Below, piece by piece: positions 43,426 to 56,600 of a stretch of 64,000 nt of DNA; the first letter of the stretch is position 1; each line of letters begins with the position of its first letter. The stretch is from Macrostomum lignano (Eukaryota), in assembly GCA_002269645.1 (NCBI GenBank), contig NIVC01000974.1, forward strand, positions 1 to 64,000, read 5' to 3'. A program made the translations under genes and the position numbers. The notes below the pieces were generated by a model. That model saw only the letters and a list, made by a program, of their open reading frames with translations, made no database searches and was not told where the DNA came from.

Positions 43426-44918
43426 AGACGCAACACCGGAACCGCGCGCCTAAAAAACCGCAGCCACGAAGCCAAGCCGCGCACGGCCGGAACCGAAGCC
43501 GCCAAGAAACATCGAATCATCCAGGACCGGACAGCAGCCCGGCGCTCATAACGACCACAGGCGCCCATTCAAAGGCGGCTGGAGACGTGCCGCCACTCAG
43601 CTGCACCCAAGAGCTGGACCGCTTCCCCAGAGCACCCGAACCACTCGGCGTAGCCCCCTGGTCTACAGCCAACTCCGAACTCGTCTTATTCGATCTCAGC
43701 ATCAGTACCTCCAGCAACAGGACCATGCCACCTCCCAGTGGGGATTTTTAGTACGCCTAGCCGTACGCAGACGGCGGCGCTCAATTCGGGGCGACAGTGC
43801 GCCCCGAAGCACTGTATGGATCTCGCCAAGTCGGCGCCGCGCCTGGCGCTGAGCGTACCGTAACATTTTTAGGCAGCACAAATTCACTGATTCTACTCTT
43901 AGTAGTATGATGAAGACATTATGCTTAAGCGGACCCACCCTGGAGCGCAGCTGCGCAGCTCGCTTTCGTGAGCGTAGTTGCACCAACCTGCACAGTAAAA
44001 TGACCGGTTATTGTCCATTAACTGAAAATGCATGCACCATCCCCTAATCATCAAATATTTTTCAGGAAGAAAGGGAATAAGAACAGTTTTTATATTATTT
44101 GTTTCCATTCGGTGTATTAATAATGAAAAATTTTTAAATGATACAAACAAATGACAATAATAAGCACTTTTACACATACTAGGTACTAAAGAAAAGAAAA
44201 ATACCAATAACACGTAAAGGGTACTTTAGATATAATTATATTTAAAACATTTAAAATAGATTGTAAGACGAATAATAGAATTGGAGAAGAGTCAAGAAGA
44301 TAGTGAAACAGCTGACAGGAGACGGAAAGAAAATTCGAGATTTAAAGAAAATTTAAGGATTTTTCGACAGCGCAAATTCCCTGATTCTACTCTTAGTAGC
44401 ATGATTGTTGCATTATGCTGGAATTTTAAAGATCCCACTACCTATTTTAACATTCCACTATCAATTTTAGGATCCCACTATCGATTCTGAGAGATTCCAT
44501 CGTGCATTCTAATTAAGATCAGTCTTAAATTATGAAAAGGTACTTTAGCTGCTATCCAACACTTTCCTGCCTTTAATAATTTAACTATCATTCACTGTCA
44601 ATGTCACTGTCTTCTAGAGACCTTTTCCTGGCACCTAGTGCTTCAGTTAAAAAACCCTGGGGCGGATGCCAGTCGGAGTCCGAGTTAGAACTTAAATCTG
44701 TTGTTTAAACATCCTGAAAATTAAGCTTTGAGGATAAAAATCCACATAGCTTGACTAGAAAAAAGAACCTTTTAACCTTTTAATATTTTTCAGGGCGCAT
44801 CCCTGGCGTACCTTAGGCGTACTGCGCCCACAGTGGGCTTGATTTTTTTTCCCCACTGGGCTGGAGACCAGTTTCTCGCCACTAACGGCGTCACCGGGAT
44901 CGAGGGGGGAGGGGATCA

Positions 44919-45085
44919 CAAACCCAAAAAATCACAACTCCGAAAAGCGCTGTCCATCATAAACCCAAAATATCACTAACCCGAAATACCATAACTCCCA
45001 AAGTTCTAGCAATGTCCGTCCAACACTATTTCGGTTTTCGGAGTTGTGATTTCTTGGGTTTGCGATATTTCGGGTTTATGATGGC
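44919..45085. repeat. Short inverted-repeat element (MITE-like) with CCGAAA-type subrepeats
   Basis: AAACCCAAAAAATCACAACTCCGAAAA pairs with TTTTCGGAGTTGTGATTTCTTGGGTTT, and CCATCATAAACCCAAAATATC pairs with GATATTTCGGGTTTATGATGG. Confidence 0.65.
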
Positions 45086-45751
45086 GACTCGGATCGAGTA
45101 CCTGATGGGGTGCCCGTCCGTCCTTTTCGGGCTGCTGCATACGATGGGGCGAAGAAAACCTGGAAAAGATTGGCTGCAGAGCAGTACAGAATTGTAAAAC
45201 AGTGGAAGAAACTCTTGACAGGAATTGCTAGCTACCGAGTATTTGAACGCTTAACTGATGTTTCCCCTACACGCAGAGGTTTTGGCACAGCCAGTCTAAA
45301 CTAAAAGAAACAATTCATTTCTCCAGACCAGGCCAAGTGGCCAATCTCAGCTCAGCAAACACTGCCAAATTTCGCAGGGTAAATCCTTGGGTGCTTTCTA
45401 CTTGCCCCCATGGCTTCCAAGTCTAATGGAAATTTGGAATAATCTTTCCTTGGTGCGCATCGGCACACACTGAGGAGGCGGGGCCAAGGGCTTGCTCTCT
45501 CACTCATCCTTGGCTAAGCAAAGCTAAGAGAAGTAATTTGAATTTCTCTCCGCGCCTTGCCAGTTCTCTTGCGACCCGGGCCGGAAATCGGATTGGCTCA
45601 TTTTCTCTTTCTCTCTGTGACAGCCCTCGGTGGCAAAAGTTCAAAGAGTGCGCCGCTGAAGGAACTGGAAGTCCGGGCAGTTCGGCTGAATGACCGCAGA
45701 ATGATCCATTCTTGCATAAATATCACAGGTTGGATTAGCAGTATTACTATA

Positions 45752-46300
45752 TTAGCAGTCCTTTCTATTCCTGCATCCGTGATGCTGGCTACATTAGCAG
45801 TCCTTTCTATTCCTGCATCCGGGATGCTGGCTACATTAGCAGTCCTTTCTATTCCTGCATCCGTGATGCTGGCTACATTAGCAGTCCTTTCTATTCCTGC
45901 ATCCGTGATGTTGGCTAGATTAGCAATCCTTTCTATTCCTGCATCCGTGATGCTGACTAGATTAGCAATCCTTTCTATTCCTGCATCCGTGATGTTGGCT
46001 AGATTAGCAATCCATTCTATTCCTGCATCCGTGATGCTGGCTAGATTAGCAATCCTTTCTATTCCTGCATCCGTGATTCTGGCTACATTAGCAATCCTTT
46101 CTATTGCTGCATCCGTGATGTTGGCTAGATTAGCAATCCTTTCTATTCCTGCATCCGTGATGCTGGCTAGATTAGCAATCCTTTCTATTGCTGCATCCGT
46201 GATGTTGGCTAGATTAGCAGTCCTTTCTATTCCTGCATCCGTGATGTTGGCTAGATTAGCAGTCCTTTCTATTCCTGCATCCGTGATGTTGGCTAGATTA
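45752..46300. repeat. 42 bp minisatellite, about 13 copies
   Basis: Unit ATTAGCARTCCTTTCTATTCCTGCATCCGTGATGYTGGCTAS. Confidence 0.96.
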
Positions 46301-46559
46301 CCTATAAAAAGGGCCAAACTTCAAGGCCCTTTTAGTGTACATGCCTGAAGATTAGAAATTCAGGGTCCCCTGTACACCCTGTGTGATCATGTGTACAGTA
46401 CGGCATATACCAGAATATATACTGGTTACAGCTGCCTGTCAATTGCGAGTCCGTCAATATCTGCGTCTCGGGCGTTGGAGAGCGAAGCGATCTCGATCAC
46501 CACCTGAAAAGCTGTTGCTAGGACAGGATCCTTGACCCTGGTACATCAGTAGCCAGTGT

Positions 46560-46790
46560 GTTGCGTAAAAATTAGTAAAAGAATGGCGGAGTCGGGATTG
46601 TCCAGCCTATTTTCATTGACATCTTTGACAGGCTTGACCGCTGGTTGCGCACGGACAAGGGGCATTGCACTGCTGTCAGCTGATTTCAAACAGGCGGCTG
46701 TAGCTGACAAATTCACTGTTGATCGGCTATTGGCTGTTGGTGATGCATCAATGATTGGATCTTCAAGCTTTGCAGACTGTTACGGACACT
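46560..46790 (+). mobile_element. Possible decayed CR1/L2-type RT fragment
   Basis: ALLSADFKQA...FTVDRLL loosely matches the DFSKAFDTVDH..LL motif. Confidence 0.3.
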
Positions 46791-46884
46791 GGGGGGTTTT
46801 GGTGGCGTAGTGGTAAAGATTAATGAGTTTGAAAATAACAGCCTAGAAATCCTTGAAGATACAGTTAAGAAGATTAGATGTGTT

Positions 46885-47457
46885 TTAGAGAGACTCTGGA
46901 TCTGAGATAGGGGTGATTAGATGTGTTATAGAGACCCTAGATCTGAGATAGGGGTGATTAGATGTGTTATAGAGAGACTCTGGATCTGAGATAGGGGTGA
47001 TTTGATGTGTTATAGAGAGACTCTGGATCTGAGATAGGGGTGATTTGATGTGTTATAGAGAGACTCTGGATCTGAGATAGGGGTGATTAGATGATGTTAT
47101 GGAGAGACTCTGGATCTGAGATAGGGGTGATTAGATGATGTTATAGAGAGACTCTGGATCTGAGATAGGGGTGATTAGATGATGTTATGGAGAGACTCTG
47201 GATCTGAGATAGGGGTGATTAGATGATGTTATGGAGAGACTCTGGATCTGAGATAGGGGTGATTAGATGTGTTATAGAGAGACCCTAGATCTGAGATAGG
47301 GGTGATTAGATGTGTTATAGAGAGACTCTGGATCTGAGATAGGGGTGATTAGATGTGTTTTAGAGAGACTCTGGATCTGAGATAGGGGTGATTAGATGAT
47401 GTTTTAGAGAGACTCTGGATCTGAGATAGGGGTGATTAGATGATGTTTTAGAGAGAC
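46885..47457. repeat. 44-45 bp minisatellite (GAGACTCTGGATCTGAGATAGGGGTGATTAGATG...), about 13 copies
   Basis: Direct reading. Confidence 0.96.
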
Positions 47458-48314
47458 ATGTATTGAGAGATTAGATGTGCCTGTGGAAGACTAAAACTGA
47501 GTCAGGGAGAGATTGGAGCCGGGAAACTGCAAATCGCCAGACCCACCGAGAGGCCGGGCAGGCGGACAATTCATTAAACGGCTGACAAAGAGAAACAGAA
47601 GTGCCATCAGTTTCTCGACCGCCGCAAGACGTGAAGGGCGCTCGCCTGCTGCCCGCAGTGGATCGCATGAAATGCTTGGCATCGGTGCTGGCCTGGTGTC
47701 ATTCATCAGCTTGGGTTGGACCAATTCTAACCATGGGACATGGAGTTAGGTCCTGGGCTCGAATCCCTTGCGCCGTCCTAGCTGCATTTAAGTAATCTCT
47801 GATATTGTAAAATCGTAGGAAATGCCCTGTTGGCCTGACGATGGACAGAAACACATCAGTGGAGAAGACAAAAATAGAATCTATAATTAATAAGTTCGCA
47901 CTCGAGTGCACTATTGTTCAATTGAGGCCAGACAAGTTACGGGTATGAAGGATCTATAAGCCACGAGCTGCTCCCTGAGTCGCCTATCCATAGGTCTTTG
48001 AAACTCGGGAGAACAGTTAAATTCTTTGCTGAACTCGACATCCTCCAATTCCTTAATCTCGTATTCTCCTTATTTCCTTTGCGCTCCCCTGCACTGCCCT
48101 TCGCCCGGGCTCGCTTTTCTCTTTTTTAACCTCATTTTCTGCGTAGTTCCCTGTCCGCCCCACCGTCTCTGGCTGCAGGGCCTGCCATTGGCCTGTCCGG
48201 GCGGAAGCCAGAGGCGAGTTAAAATTCCTTTACTCGCCCTTAGGAAGAAGGCAGCTTCAAGTTAGCCGAGAAGAGTCCAGCACCCCCACTGCAGCTCCAA
48301 ATTGTTTCTAGGAA

Positions 48315-51044
48315 ATGTCCCTGCCCCACAGCGCAGTAGAATGCGCCTTGGCGGTGCCTTTGATGCTGGCCGTCATCCTGCTGACTGTGATCGGCAACAC
48401 CCTGGTCATCCTGGCCGTGTTCACCTCAAGGGCGCTGCGGCAGGCGCAGAACTTTCTCATCGTGAGCCTGGCCTGCGCCGACATGGCCGTCGGTCTGCTG
48501 GTGCAGCCGCTCCAGGTGAAAACCTTCCTCACCGATGACGTCTGGCTGCTGCCGAGATTCGTGTGCACCGTGTTCACTATGTCCGACATTTTCTTCTGCA
48601 CCGCCAGCATACTCAACCTCGCTGCCATTGCCGTGGACAGGTACTGCGCCATCAAGTATCCCATTATGTATGCTAATAAGAGAACCACCGGCACTGTGCT
48701 CATGATGATTGGGGCAGCATTCGGCCTGAGCGGAGCCATCAGCTTCGGCCCGCTGCTCAGCTGGACTGGCGGCGGGACGATGAAGAACAACACGAAGCAG
48801 CTCTGCCAGCTGCCAGGCGATGGCGGCTACATCGTGTTTAGCGCGCTTGGCAGTTTCTACCTGCCTGCGGCTGTAATTGCCGGCCTGTACATCAGCATCT
48901 ACCTGGCGCTACGGCGGCGGCTACGTCGGCGGGCGGCTGCGTCAGCTGTGAGCAAGTTTTCTCAGGTGACCGCCATGCCCACGCCTCTGGCGCAGCGCCG
49001 GGTGAGTCAGGCTGCGGGGCGGGGCTGAAAGGCGGAGAGTCGGGGCGGAGAGTCGGGGCTGTTGGGGCGGGGAGTCGGGGTTGTTGGGGCGGAGAGTCGG
49101 GGCTGTTGGGGCGGAGAGTTGGGGCTGTTGGGGCGGAGAGTCGGGGCTGTTGGGGCGTAGAGTTGGGGCGGAGAGTCGGGGCTGTTGGGGCGGAGAGTCG
49201 GGGCTGTTGGGGCGGAGAGTCGGGGCTGTTGGGGCGTAGAGTTGGGGCGGAGAGTCGGGGCTGTTGGGGCGGAGAGTCGGGGCTGTTGGGCGGAGAGTCG
49301 GGGCTGTTGGGGCGGAGAGTCGGGGCTGTTGGGGCGGAGAGTCGGGGCTGTTGGGGCGGAGAGTCGGGGCTGTTGGGGCGGAGAGTCGGGGTTGTTGGGG
49401 CGGAGAGTCGGGGCTGTTGGGGCGGGGAGTCGGGGCTGTTGGGGCGGAGAGTCGGGGCTGTTGGGGCGGAGAGTCGGGGTTGTTGGGGCGGAGAGTCGGG
49501 GCTGTTGGGGCGGAGAGTCGGGGCTGTTGGGGCGGAGAGTCGGGGTTGTTGGGGCGGAGAGTCGGGGCTGTTGGGGCGGGGAGTCGGGGCTGTTGGGGCG
49601 GAGAGTCGGGGTTGTTGGGGCGGAGAGTCGGGGCTGTTGGGGCGGAGAGTCGGGGCTGTTGGGGCGGAGAGTCGGGGCTGTTGGGGCGGAGAGTCGGGGC
49701 TGTTGGGGCGGAGAGTCGGGGCTGTTGGGGTGGAGAGTCGGGGCTGTTGGGGTGGAGAGTCGAGGCTGTTGGGGCGGAGAGAAACCAGTGAGTTATCCAA
49801 CAAATGCTACAGGAAAGTCAATTTGAGATGAAGCCAACATTTCGGACCTGAGCTCCAGCCTCGGTCAGTGGCCGCCGCATCAAAAGTGACGCATGAGGCG
49901 GCACAGCTTGCTGGGCTCATGTTAACCTAGGAAATAAAATTGCTTGGAGCAGCAGAGGCAGCCCCAAACCGTGATCGATATTTGCCTGTTTGGCTATCTT
50001 TCACAGCCCGCGCATGAGCTGTCTGGTTTTTTAGTTTATCGACTTAGCGCTTAGTCTCCCCCCCCCCCCCGGTGTCTACCGGAGACGAGCGGAGGCCCAT
50101 GAGGGACGTGTGCGCAGAATCCGGACATGAATAAACGCGCGGAACACAGGACTGGAGTCCGATCCGCCACCTAGCCGCCTATTCCCTGTTTTCCCGAGAG
50201 TTTTGCGGCATCGAAAAAAAGTGAACTAGGGGGAGAATTTTCAATCAACACTGATCCCCAAACCTGACGCCCTCTCTCCCGTGGCCAGTGCAGTTCCCTA
50301 TAGATATAATTATTTGTCCCCTTATATCGAGGGGAAGTGCAGAAGACGAATGATGTGGGTGATGAAGGGATAAAGAACGCGGGACTGCGGATTAGTGCCT
50401 GAGTTGTAACTTAGGGGCCGCTTTCCCAGGATCAGTGGCTGCAGTGTTGGCTAACCGAGTGCGCCCTTCCAATTCGATAATTTTTTTGCCGTATCAACTG
50501 CAGAGAGACTCGCTCATAATTCACTTTATGCTATTCGGCTGGTAGGCACCAGCTGGTAGAGCCCGACTATAGCTAGTGCACTCAGCCAAGGAGGCCTAGA
50601 ACCAGAACCTGGTTACTCTTCCCCCAAACCAGCAAGATGACACAGAAACAGACACAGAAGTTTTCTGTTCATGCCAGTAAAACTGCTGTCTAAAGCCTAC
50701 AGTTGTCTGCAAATGAGGGGTCAAGGAAGAGTGGCCACTCCAGGTTCTGCTTCTAGGATTCTTTAGCTCAGCCAGAAGCTGGTCAAGCAGGAAAGAGGCC
50801 GGCTCGCTTGGCTGCCCCTGCCCCGTCGCAGCCACCTGTTTTCAATCTTAATTGCGCGAAGCCCTCCACCGACCTGCGAAAGATAAAATTAGAAGCGACA
50901 GAACGGCAGGTGCGAATTCCGTCAAAGCCAGAATCGAAAACAATCAATTAAAGTCTCAGCTGTTTTCCAGTCTTTGAATTGCCTGCTTGCTGTTTACTAT
51001 TGACTCCATTCTGCCGTTTTCAACTCGGCTCAGTCAGTCAGTCA

Positions 51045-51095
<51 letters not shown>

Positions 51096-53978
51096 AGTCA
51101 GTCAGTCAGTCAGTCAGTCAGTCAGTCAGTCAGTCAGTCAGTCAGTCAGTCAGTCAGTCAGTCAGTCAGTCAGTCAGTCAGTCAGTTAGTCAGTCAGTCA
51201 GTCAGTCAGTGATGCTGAGAGCTTCAGAACAGAGTGATGTGGTGGGCAGGTCCCACCCAGGCCCCTAGAGCAGCAGGCTCCGAGCCAAATTGCATTGCGC
51301 GCACTCCGCCAGCGGCATAATCCAATAACTGTTCGAGTTGGCAGGGAACGGAGGCAAAATTCGAGTGTTATTAAACGAATTAGATCGGAATTTTCGGGGC
51401 TTAAGAGATTACGGATAGCCGTGGACTGCCAGACTCCGGGGCCAGGCAGCACAGGGGAACTGTTAAATGGGAAAACTCTCTACCAAAATCCAATCAGTGC
51501 CCAGTGCTTGCAGTCTCCCCTCTTCCACCCTTCATCGAGTCAAAAGTCAAAAGCTGCACCGTGGAAAATTCGAATTAATGAGGCCAAATGTCGGAGCAAT
51601 GAGCTTATGAATTATGAGCCGTGTGCGCTTATGTTCGCAAGTATAAATTGGATTTGATTTGCCAAAAATAGGCCATTTGTCACCTCATTCCCCGGATGCA
51701 GACCGTTTGGCACTGAAGCCTCACCTGAAAGATTAATCTGCCGGGCTGGCCATTTGATTCTCCAGCCAGCAGCTTGCTCACACTGAGGCCGAACTTCAAC
51801 CCTGCCCTAATCTTCAGTTTGCGTCAAAGAAAGCAATTCTAAAGCCAAATCACCCTGTCACGAGAAACAATAAAATTTTGGCTGAGCTAATTTTAACAGT
51901 CAGCCGCGGCAAAGCTGAGCAGTTAATCCTCTACTCTTGATACTGTACTATACGCCTCTGTAGACTGGCATAGGTCCAGTGCGTTGACAGGTCATGCATT
52001 TGGGGCAGTTGACAGTTGAGGGTCTGGGGAGAGACTCAATAACAGGAAATGAACTAACAACAAGCTGGCGCTAACCGAATGCTAAAGATATCTCAGATCA
52101 AGGGAGAGTGGCGCCGTTGCGGTATGTGAACTGGCGCAGAAACGATTTTTAGCCTTTTTATCCGTCTTTGTTGCCCTTTTGGCTTTTAGCTTCGCCTTCG
52201 GCTCTCACGAAGCACTCGATCAGCCAGGGAGATCTAGATTTAGGAGTCTGGATTGGAGTAAATGCATCTCCAGACTAGAATTATTGCCAGGGAGATCTAG
52301 ATTTAAGAGTCTGGATTGGAGTAAATGCATCTCCAGACTAAAATTATTGCCAGGGAGATCTAGATCTAGGAATCTGGAATGGAGAAAATGCTTTTCATGG
52401 CTTGAATCAATGCCAAGGAGATCTATAGTTAGGAATCTGGATTGGAGAAAATGCATCATCTCCTGACTAGAATTAATGCCAGGGAGATCTATAGTTAGGA
52501 ATCTGTATTGGAGAAAATGCATCTCATGATTAGAATAATTGCTAAATGAAAAGCGACTCTATAAATTTTGTTTATAAAATTTTCTCACTCACTCGATTCA
52601 CTCGAAATTCCTTTAAATTTAAGATTTTCGTTCAACTCGGGTATTATTTTTATGCTGAGTCTATAAATTACCTGCAGTCAAATAAAACTGCTTATTCTAA
52701 TCCGTATTTTATACCCTTGGTATGGGGTCGGTCCCTTGCCCCAGATCCGCCCGCCTAGCAACCCTCGCCCTGCTCCCCCACACTGCTCCGATCCCCATAT
52801 GAGCTGGCCAAGTCAGCGGCAGATCCTTTCCCGGGAGAGGATTTGTTGGGCGGAAGAAGGCACAGAAGAAGTGCAGAAGAAATGCTTGGCAGAAGCGACC
52901 ATGTTAGCTTACAACTTATTAGGTAGCGGCTTGTAACCTGTTTTCCAGCGAAATTTAGCCAATTGAATTGATCACGAGTAGGTCAGATCAATCAGCTAGC
53001 ACTCATCAGTCTATTCTGTGAGAGAGGACCCACAGTTGTGGCCAAGTCATTGTTGGTCAGTCTGGGAGTATGAGCTTGATGTCTGATTGTGCAAAAGTCT
53101 TCCATAAAGGGCCAACACCAGAAGCGCACAAAAATAAATTTATGAATACAGGAAAGTCAGGGCTATCTGCTTACACTCCTGCTAATGCTAATGCTCATGC
53201 TCATGCTCATGCTCATGCTCATGCTTCTTCTCAGGCAAGATGTGGTACCATGAGGCCTGATGCCTGTGACACTGGGAAACCGTTAAATGCTAAATAAAAA
53301 AACTTCAAAACTCACCATGACGAGCAATTACCCCCCCCCTCAAATTTGACAGCCAAAGAAAGCGATAAAAGAAGATGAGGAAGAAGACAATGAAGCTGAT
53401 GACGATGAAGATCTGAGCAGTCAGCGGCTGCGTCCGCCGCCCGTGGAGCTGCGCGCGGATTCGGCATCGGAAGCGGCGGAGTCGGAGGCCGAGCCGGAGG
53501 CCGGAAGCCTCGCCGTAGTCGGCGGAGGAAGCGGCCTGGCCAGCGCCTGCAGCCATCAGCAGAGTCTGCAGGTGCCGCCGCGGAGGCAGCCGCGCCTCGC
53601 CGTTCAGCTGCTGGCCCCTGGCGGGCATGAACCGGCCTCGGCCGCGACATCTGTGCAGAGCACTCGCGGGCCAGACAAAAGATTTCTCTTAGCCGGGAGC
53701 GCCGAGCGTTGCGCACGCTTGGCATCATTATGGGGATTTTTATCCTCTGTTGGCTGCCGTTTTTTTTAGTTTACCTGGCCGGTGCGTGGGGCTACGCGCC
53801 GGAGAAGCGCCTGTTCCGATTGTTCGTCTGGCTCGGCTATGTCAACTCGGCGCTGAATCCCGTCATCTACACGGTGTTCAACGCCGACTTTCGGCGCGCC
53901 TTCGCCCGGCTGCTTCGCCTCAGCGCCGCTGCGGACAGCTCGCCTGACGCCGTGCGCTGCCTGCCGTGCCAGCGCTAG
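48315..53978 (+). CDS. Biogenic amine GPCR, tyramine/octopamine (Oct-TyrR/TAR1, alpha2-like) type, about 437 aa; 1-nt frameshift near 53660-53672
   Basis: Exons 48315-49001 (TM1-5) and 53353-53978 (acidic ICL3, TM6-7), phase 0. Residues include D3.32, DRY, S5.42/S5.46, Y6.55 and [26 protein letters not shown] is typical of tyramine type 1 receptors. An acceptor at 48311 suggests an upstream exon. Confidence 0.88.
49030..49780. repeat. 22 bp G-rich minisatellite (GGGGCGGAGAGTCGGGGCTGTT) at the 5' end of the GPCR intron
   Basis: Direct reading, more than 30 units. Confidence 0.97.
51030..51210. repeat. (AGTC)n microsatellite
   Basis: Direct reading. Confidence 0.98.
52218..52530. repeat. About 63 bp minisatellite, about 5 diverged copies
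   Basis: GCCAGGGAGATCTAGATTTARGAGTCTGGATTGGAG... recurs. Confidence 0.85.
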
Positions 53979-54154
53979 GCGCTGTCCGCTGATTGGCCCA
54001 ACATCGGCAGACGTTCATTGAAAATTTCAGAGCTAACCTCCTTTTTGTGTCGGTCCTGCGTGTCAAACTAAAAACCAAAAAGTCGTTGAATTCCCCCCTA
54101 ATACACGTTTCAATACCGACCCAGTGTGTACGCTTCCAAAAGCGATGCTTTGGA

Positions 54155-54727
54155 CAATTAACAACTGCTCCAACTCTACTTGGCCCTAAACTCTTCTGAC
54201 CATTTGTTATCAGTCCAGTGTGTCCCGTCCCCGCCGCCACAGTCTCGCACAATTAACAACTGCCCCAGCTCTACTTGGCCCTAAACTCTTCTGACCATTT
54301 GTTATCAGTCCAGTGTGTCCCGTCCCCGCCGCCACAGTCTCGCACAATTAACAACTGCCCCAGCTCTACTTGGCCCTAAACTCTTCTGACCATTTGTTAT
54401 CAGTCCAGTGTGTCCCGTCCCCGCCGCCACAGTCTCGCACAATTAACAACTGCCCCAGCTCTAATTGGCCCTAAACTCTTCTGACCATTTGTTATCAGTC
54501 CAGTGTGTCCCGTCCCCGCCGCCACAGTCTCGCACAATTAACAACTGCCCCAGCTCTACTTGGCCCTAAAATCTTCTGACCATTTGTTATCAGTCCAGTG
54601 TGTCCCGTCCCCGCCGCCACAGTCTCGCACAATTAACAACTGCCCCAGCTCTACTTGGCCCTAAACTCTTCTGACCATTTGTTATCAGTCCAGTGTGTCC
54701 CGTCCCCGCCGCCACAGCCTCGCACAA
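54155..54727. repeat. 95 bp tandem repeat, 6 copies, 3' of the GPCR
   Basis: CAATTAACAACTGC starts at 54155, 54250, 54345, 54440, 54535 and 54630. Confidence 0.97.
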
Positions 54728-55729
54728 TCAACAGAGAGCCAAACATGCATGTCGCTTTCAAAAGCTCGAAACTTTACAGTCTCGAAAATTCACATCGTCA
54801 GAAAGTCTTGTCAGCCACATTGGCTCAACAAAACTTAATTTGAATCTGATTTTGTGAGAGCAATAATTCCAACATTACCATGCATGACCTGGCAACTCGG
54901 TCGTTTCTTCTACGTTACTTCTCTAAGCTCACTTCACTGACGTCAAATACCCTCTCCGAACAGATTTAGCCCCGGTTGTCGAAATTTTATCCGTAATCTG
55001 TTGTTCAGTTAGCATGAGAACTTGCATGGGGAGTAGCAATTTTCAGTCGTATTTCTGTGTCAGCTCTCTTGTATCTGTTAAATCTACATCACTGTACATT
55101 AGTATTTAACCTTGTGTAGTCGTAACCATCTCGTTTACCTGCACGGCGCATCTAAACAATCTAAACTGGTGGCATCCAATTTCCAGAAGAGCGAATCGAA
55201 GAGCCTTCTAGAATAATTCTTAACTTAAACTTTGCTGTGCAGAAATAAACGCTGACCTTATCTGCAAGTGCTTATGTTTGCGACCATACAAACAAAGACA
55301 GAAAGAAGGCTTGGAACCAGGGCCCAACTAGCCATTAAATCCTTGTGTTTTACTATACAAACAGAGTTGTTAAATACCGATTGCACACTGTGCGTCAAAC
55401 AGCCTCGCGCGATCGCAGTTTACCTAGAAAATGTTTTATCCAAATCTGCTCAAAGCTTCTATTGAAATGGTAAAGTAAATTTGCTTTCTAGAAAAAGGGA
55501 TTGCTTGCCAGTACAGTTTACACAGTTAAGAAGCTTCCTGGTTGCGCAAAAGTGCAACTGCCATTTGGCTGGCTAAGCTGCAGCAGATGCCGATGCCGAA
55601 CACAGATACAGTTGGTCTGAGCCTGTATCTGTGCATGTGTCTGTGTACCAGAGCAGCTGATTTCCGCTGTCATAGCGCTGTACCTTGACAGCGCCGCTGT
55701 GTTGACATAGGACCGCCTGTCGGATTTCT

Positions 55730-56600
55730 TAGAGGCATCCTTTGGGGTGCTTCAGGGAGATACGCTTGCGCCGTTCCTGTTCGTAGTGGTGCTCGACTGG
55801 GTGCTGTGGACTGCCCTCCCTTCTAACAACGACGGCTTCCTGCTGCAGCGACGCGTGGGTCGACGCCAACCGGAGAGGCGGCTCAGCGTGCTTGGCTTTG
55901 CCGACGATCTCGCCCTGCTGTCCTCGACCGTCGAGAGCGCCCAGCGCCAGCTGGACCGGCTGGTGAGCGTTGTGGCGAGCGTCGGCCTGGTGGTCAACAC
56001 GCAGAAGACCGTCGTGCTCTGCATCGAGGCTGCAATTTGCTGCCGAGGCGCTGACGGACAGGTGACGAGGCTTCCGCGCTGTCAGAAGTTCGTCTACCTC
56101 GGCGGTCTGGTGCCTGATGTTCGAGAGGACCTGTGATCCGTCGCTGTGGGCTTGCCTGGGCTGCCTTTCGTTCCGTGAAGTCCGTCCTGCAGTCCGAGGC
56201 CCTACCTGACCGCTAGAGGGCGGCGTTGTTCCAGGCGGTGATCGAGACCATCCTGTTGTACAATGCCGAGACCTGGACGCTAGCGGAATCGCTCGAACAG
56301 CAGGTCTGCTGCGCACCGCCTTCAAAATCGGCTACGAGCGAGTCACCAATGCGGCACTCTATCGCCGCAACGGCCTGTCCCGTCCCAGCGAACAGTTGCG
56401 CCATCGGCAACTCCAGCTGGCAGGCCACATCATCCGAGCCAAGTTGTACTGCCCGCAGCCGGTGCAGGAGTGCTGCTGCTGACGCCGCAGGCACCCTACC
56501 GGCGGGGGCAGGCGCGCACTCGGCGTTTCGTCGACTGCCTGCTGGCTGATGCCGGCGCCCCGGACACTGCCGGCCCAAGCCCTGTGACGTTGTCTCACGC
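55730..56600 (+). mobile_element. 5'-truncated RTE-clade non-LTR retrotransposon (C-terminal RT), inactivated
   Basis: Motifs GVLQGDTLAPFLF, FADDLALL, GLVVNTQKT, FVYLGG, ETILLYNAETWTL and LAGHIIR. There are in-frame stops near 56134 and 56213. Confidence 0.92.

Noticed and set aside
46790-46835. tRNA-like A box GGTGGCGTAGTGGTAA
   Set aside because: There is no B box or cloverleaf, so it is at best a truncated SINE head.
49805-49900. Possible extra ICL3 exon in the GPCR intron
   Set aside because: It would need another frameshift, and the flanking exons already join in phase 0 without it.
52220-52522. Minus-strand ORF with LRR-like LLNLDLPGN repeats
   Set aside because: It coincides exactly with a 63 bp intronic minisatellite antisense to the GPCR, is AT-rich unlike real exons, and has no convincing splice sites.
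54155-54727. 95 bp (and 49-50 bp) periodic arrays as possible CRISPR loci
   Set aside because: Whole units are duplicated, with no unique spacers and no cas genes, in a eukaryotic context.
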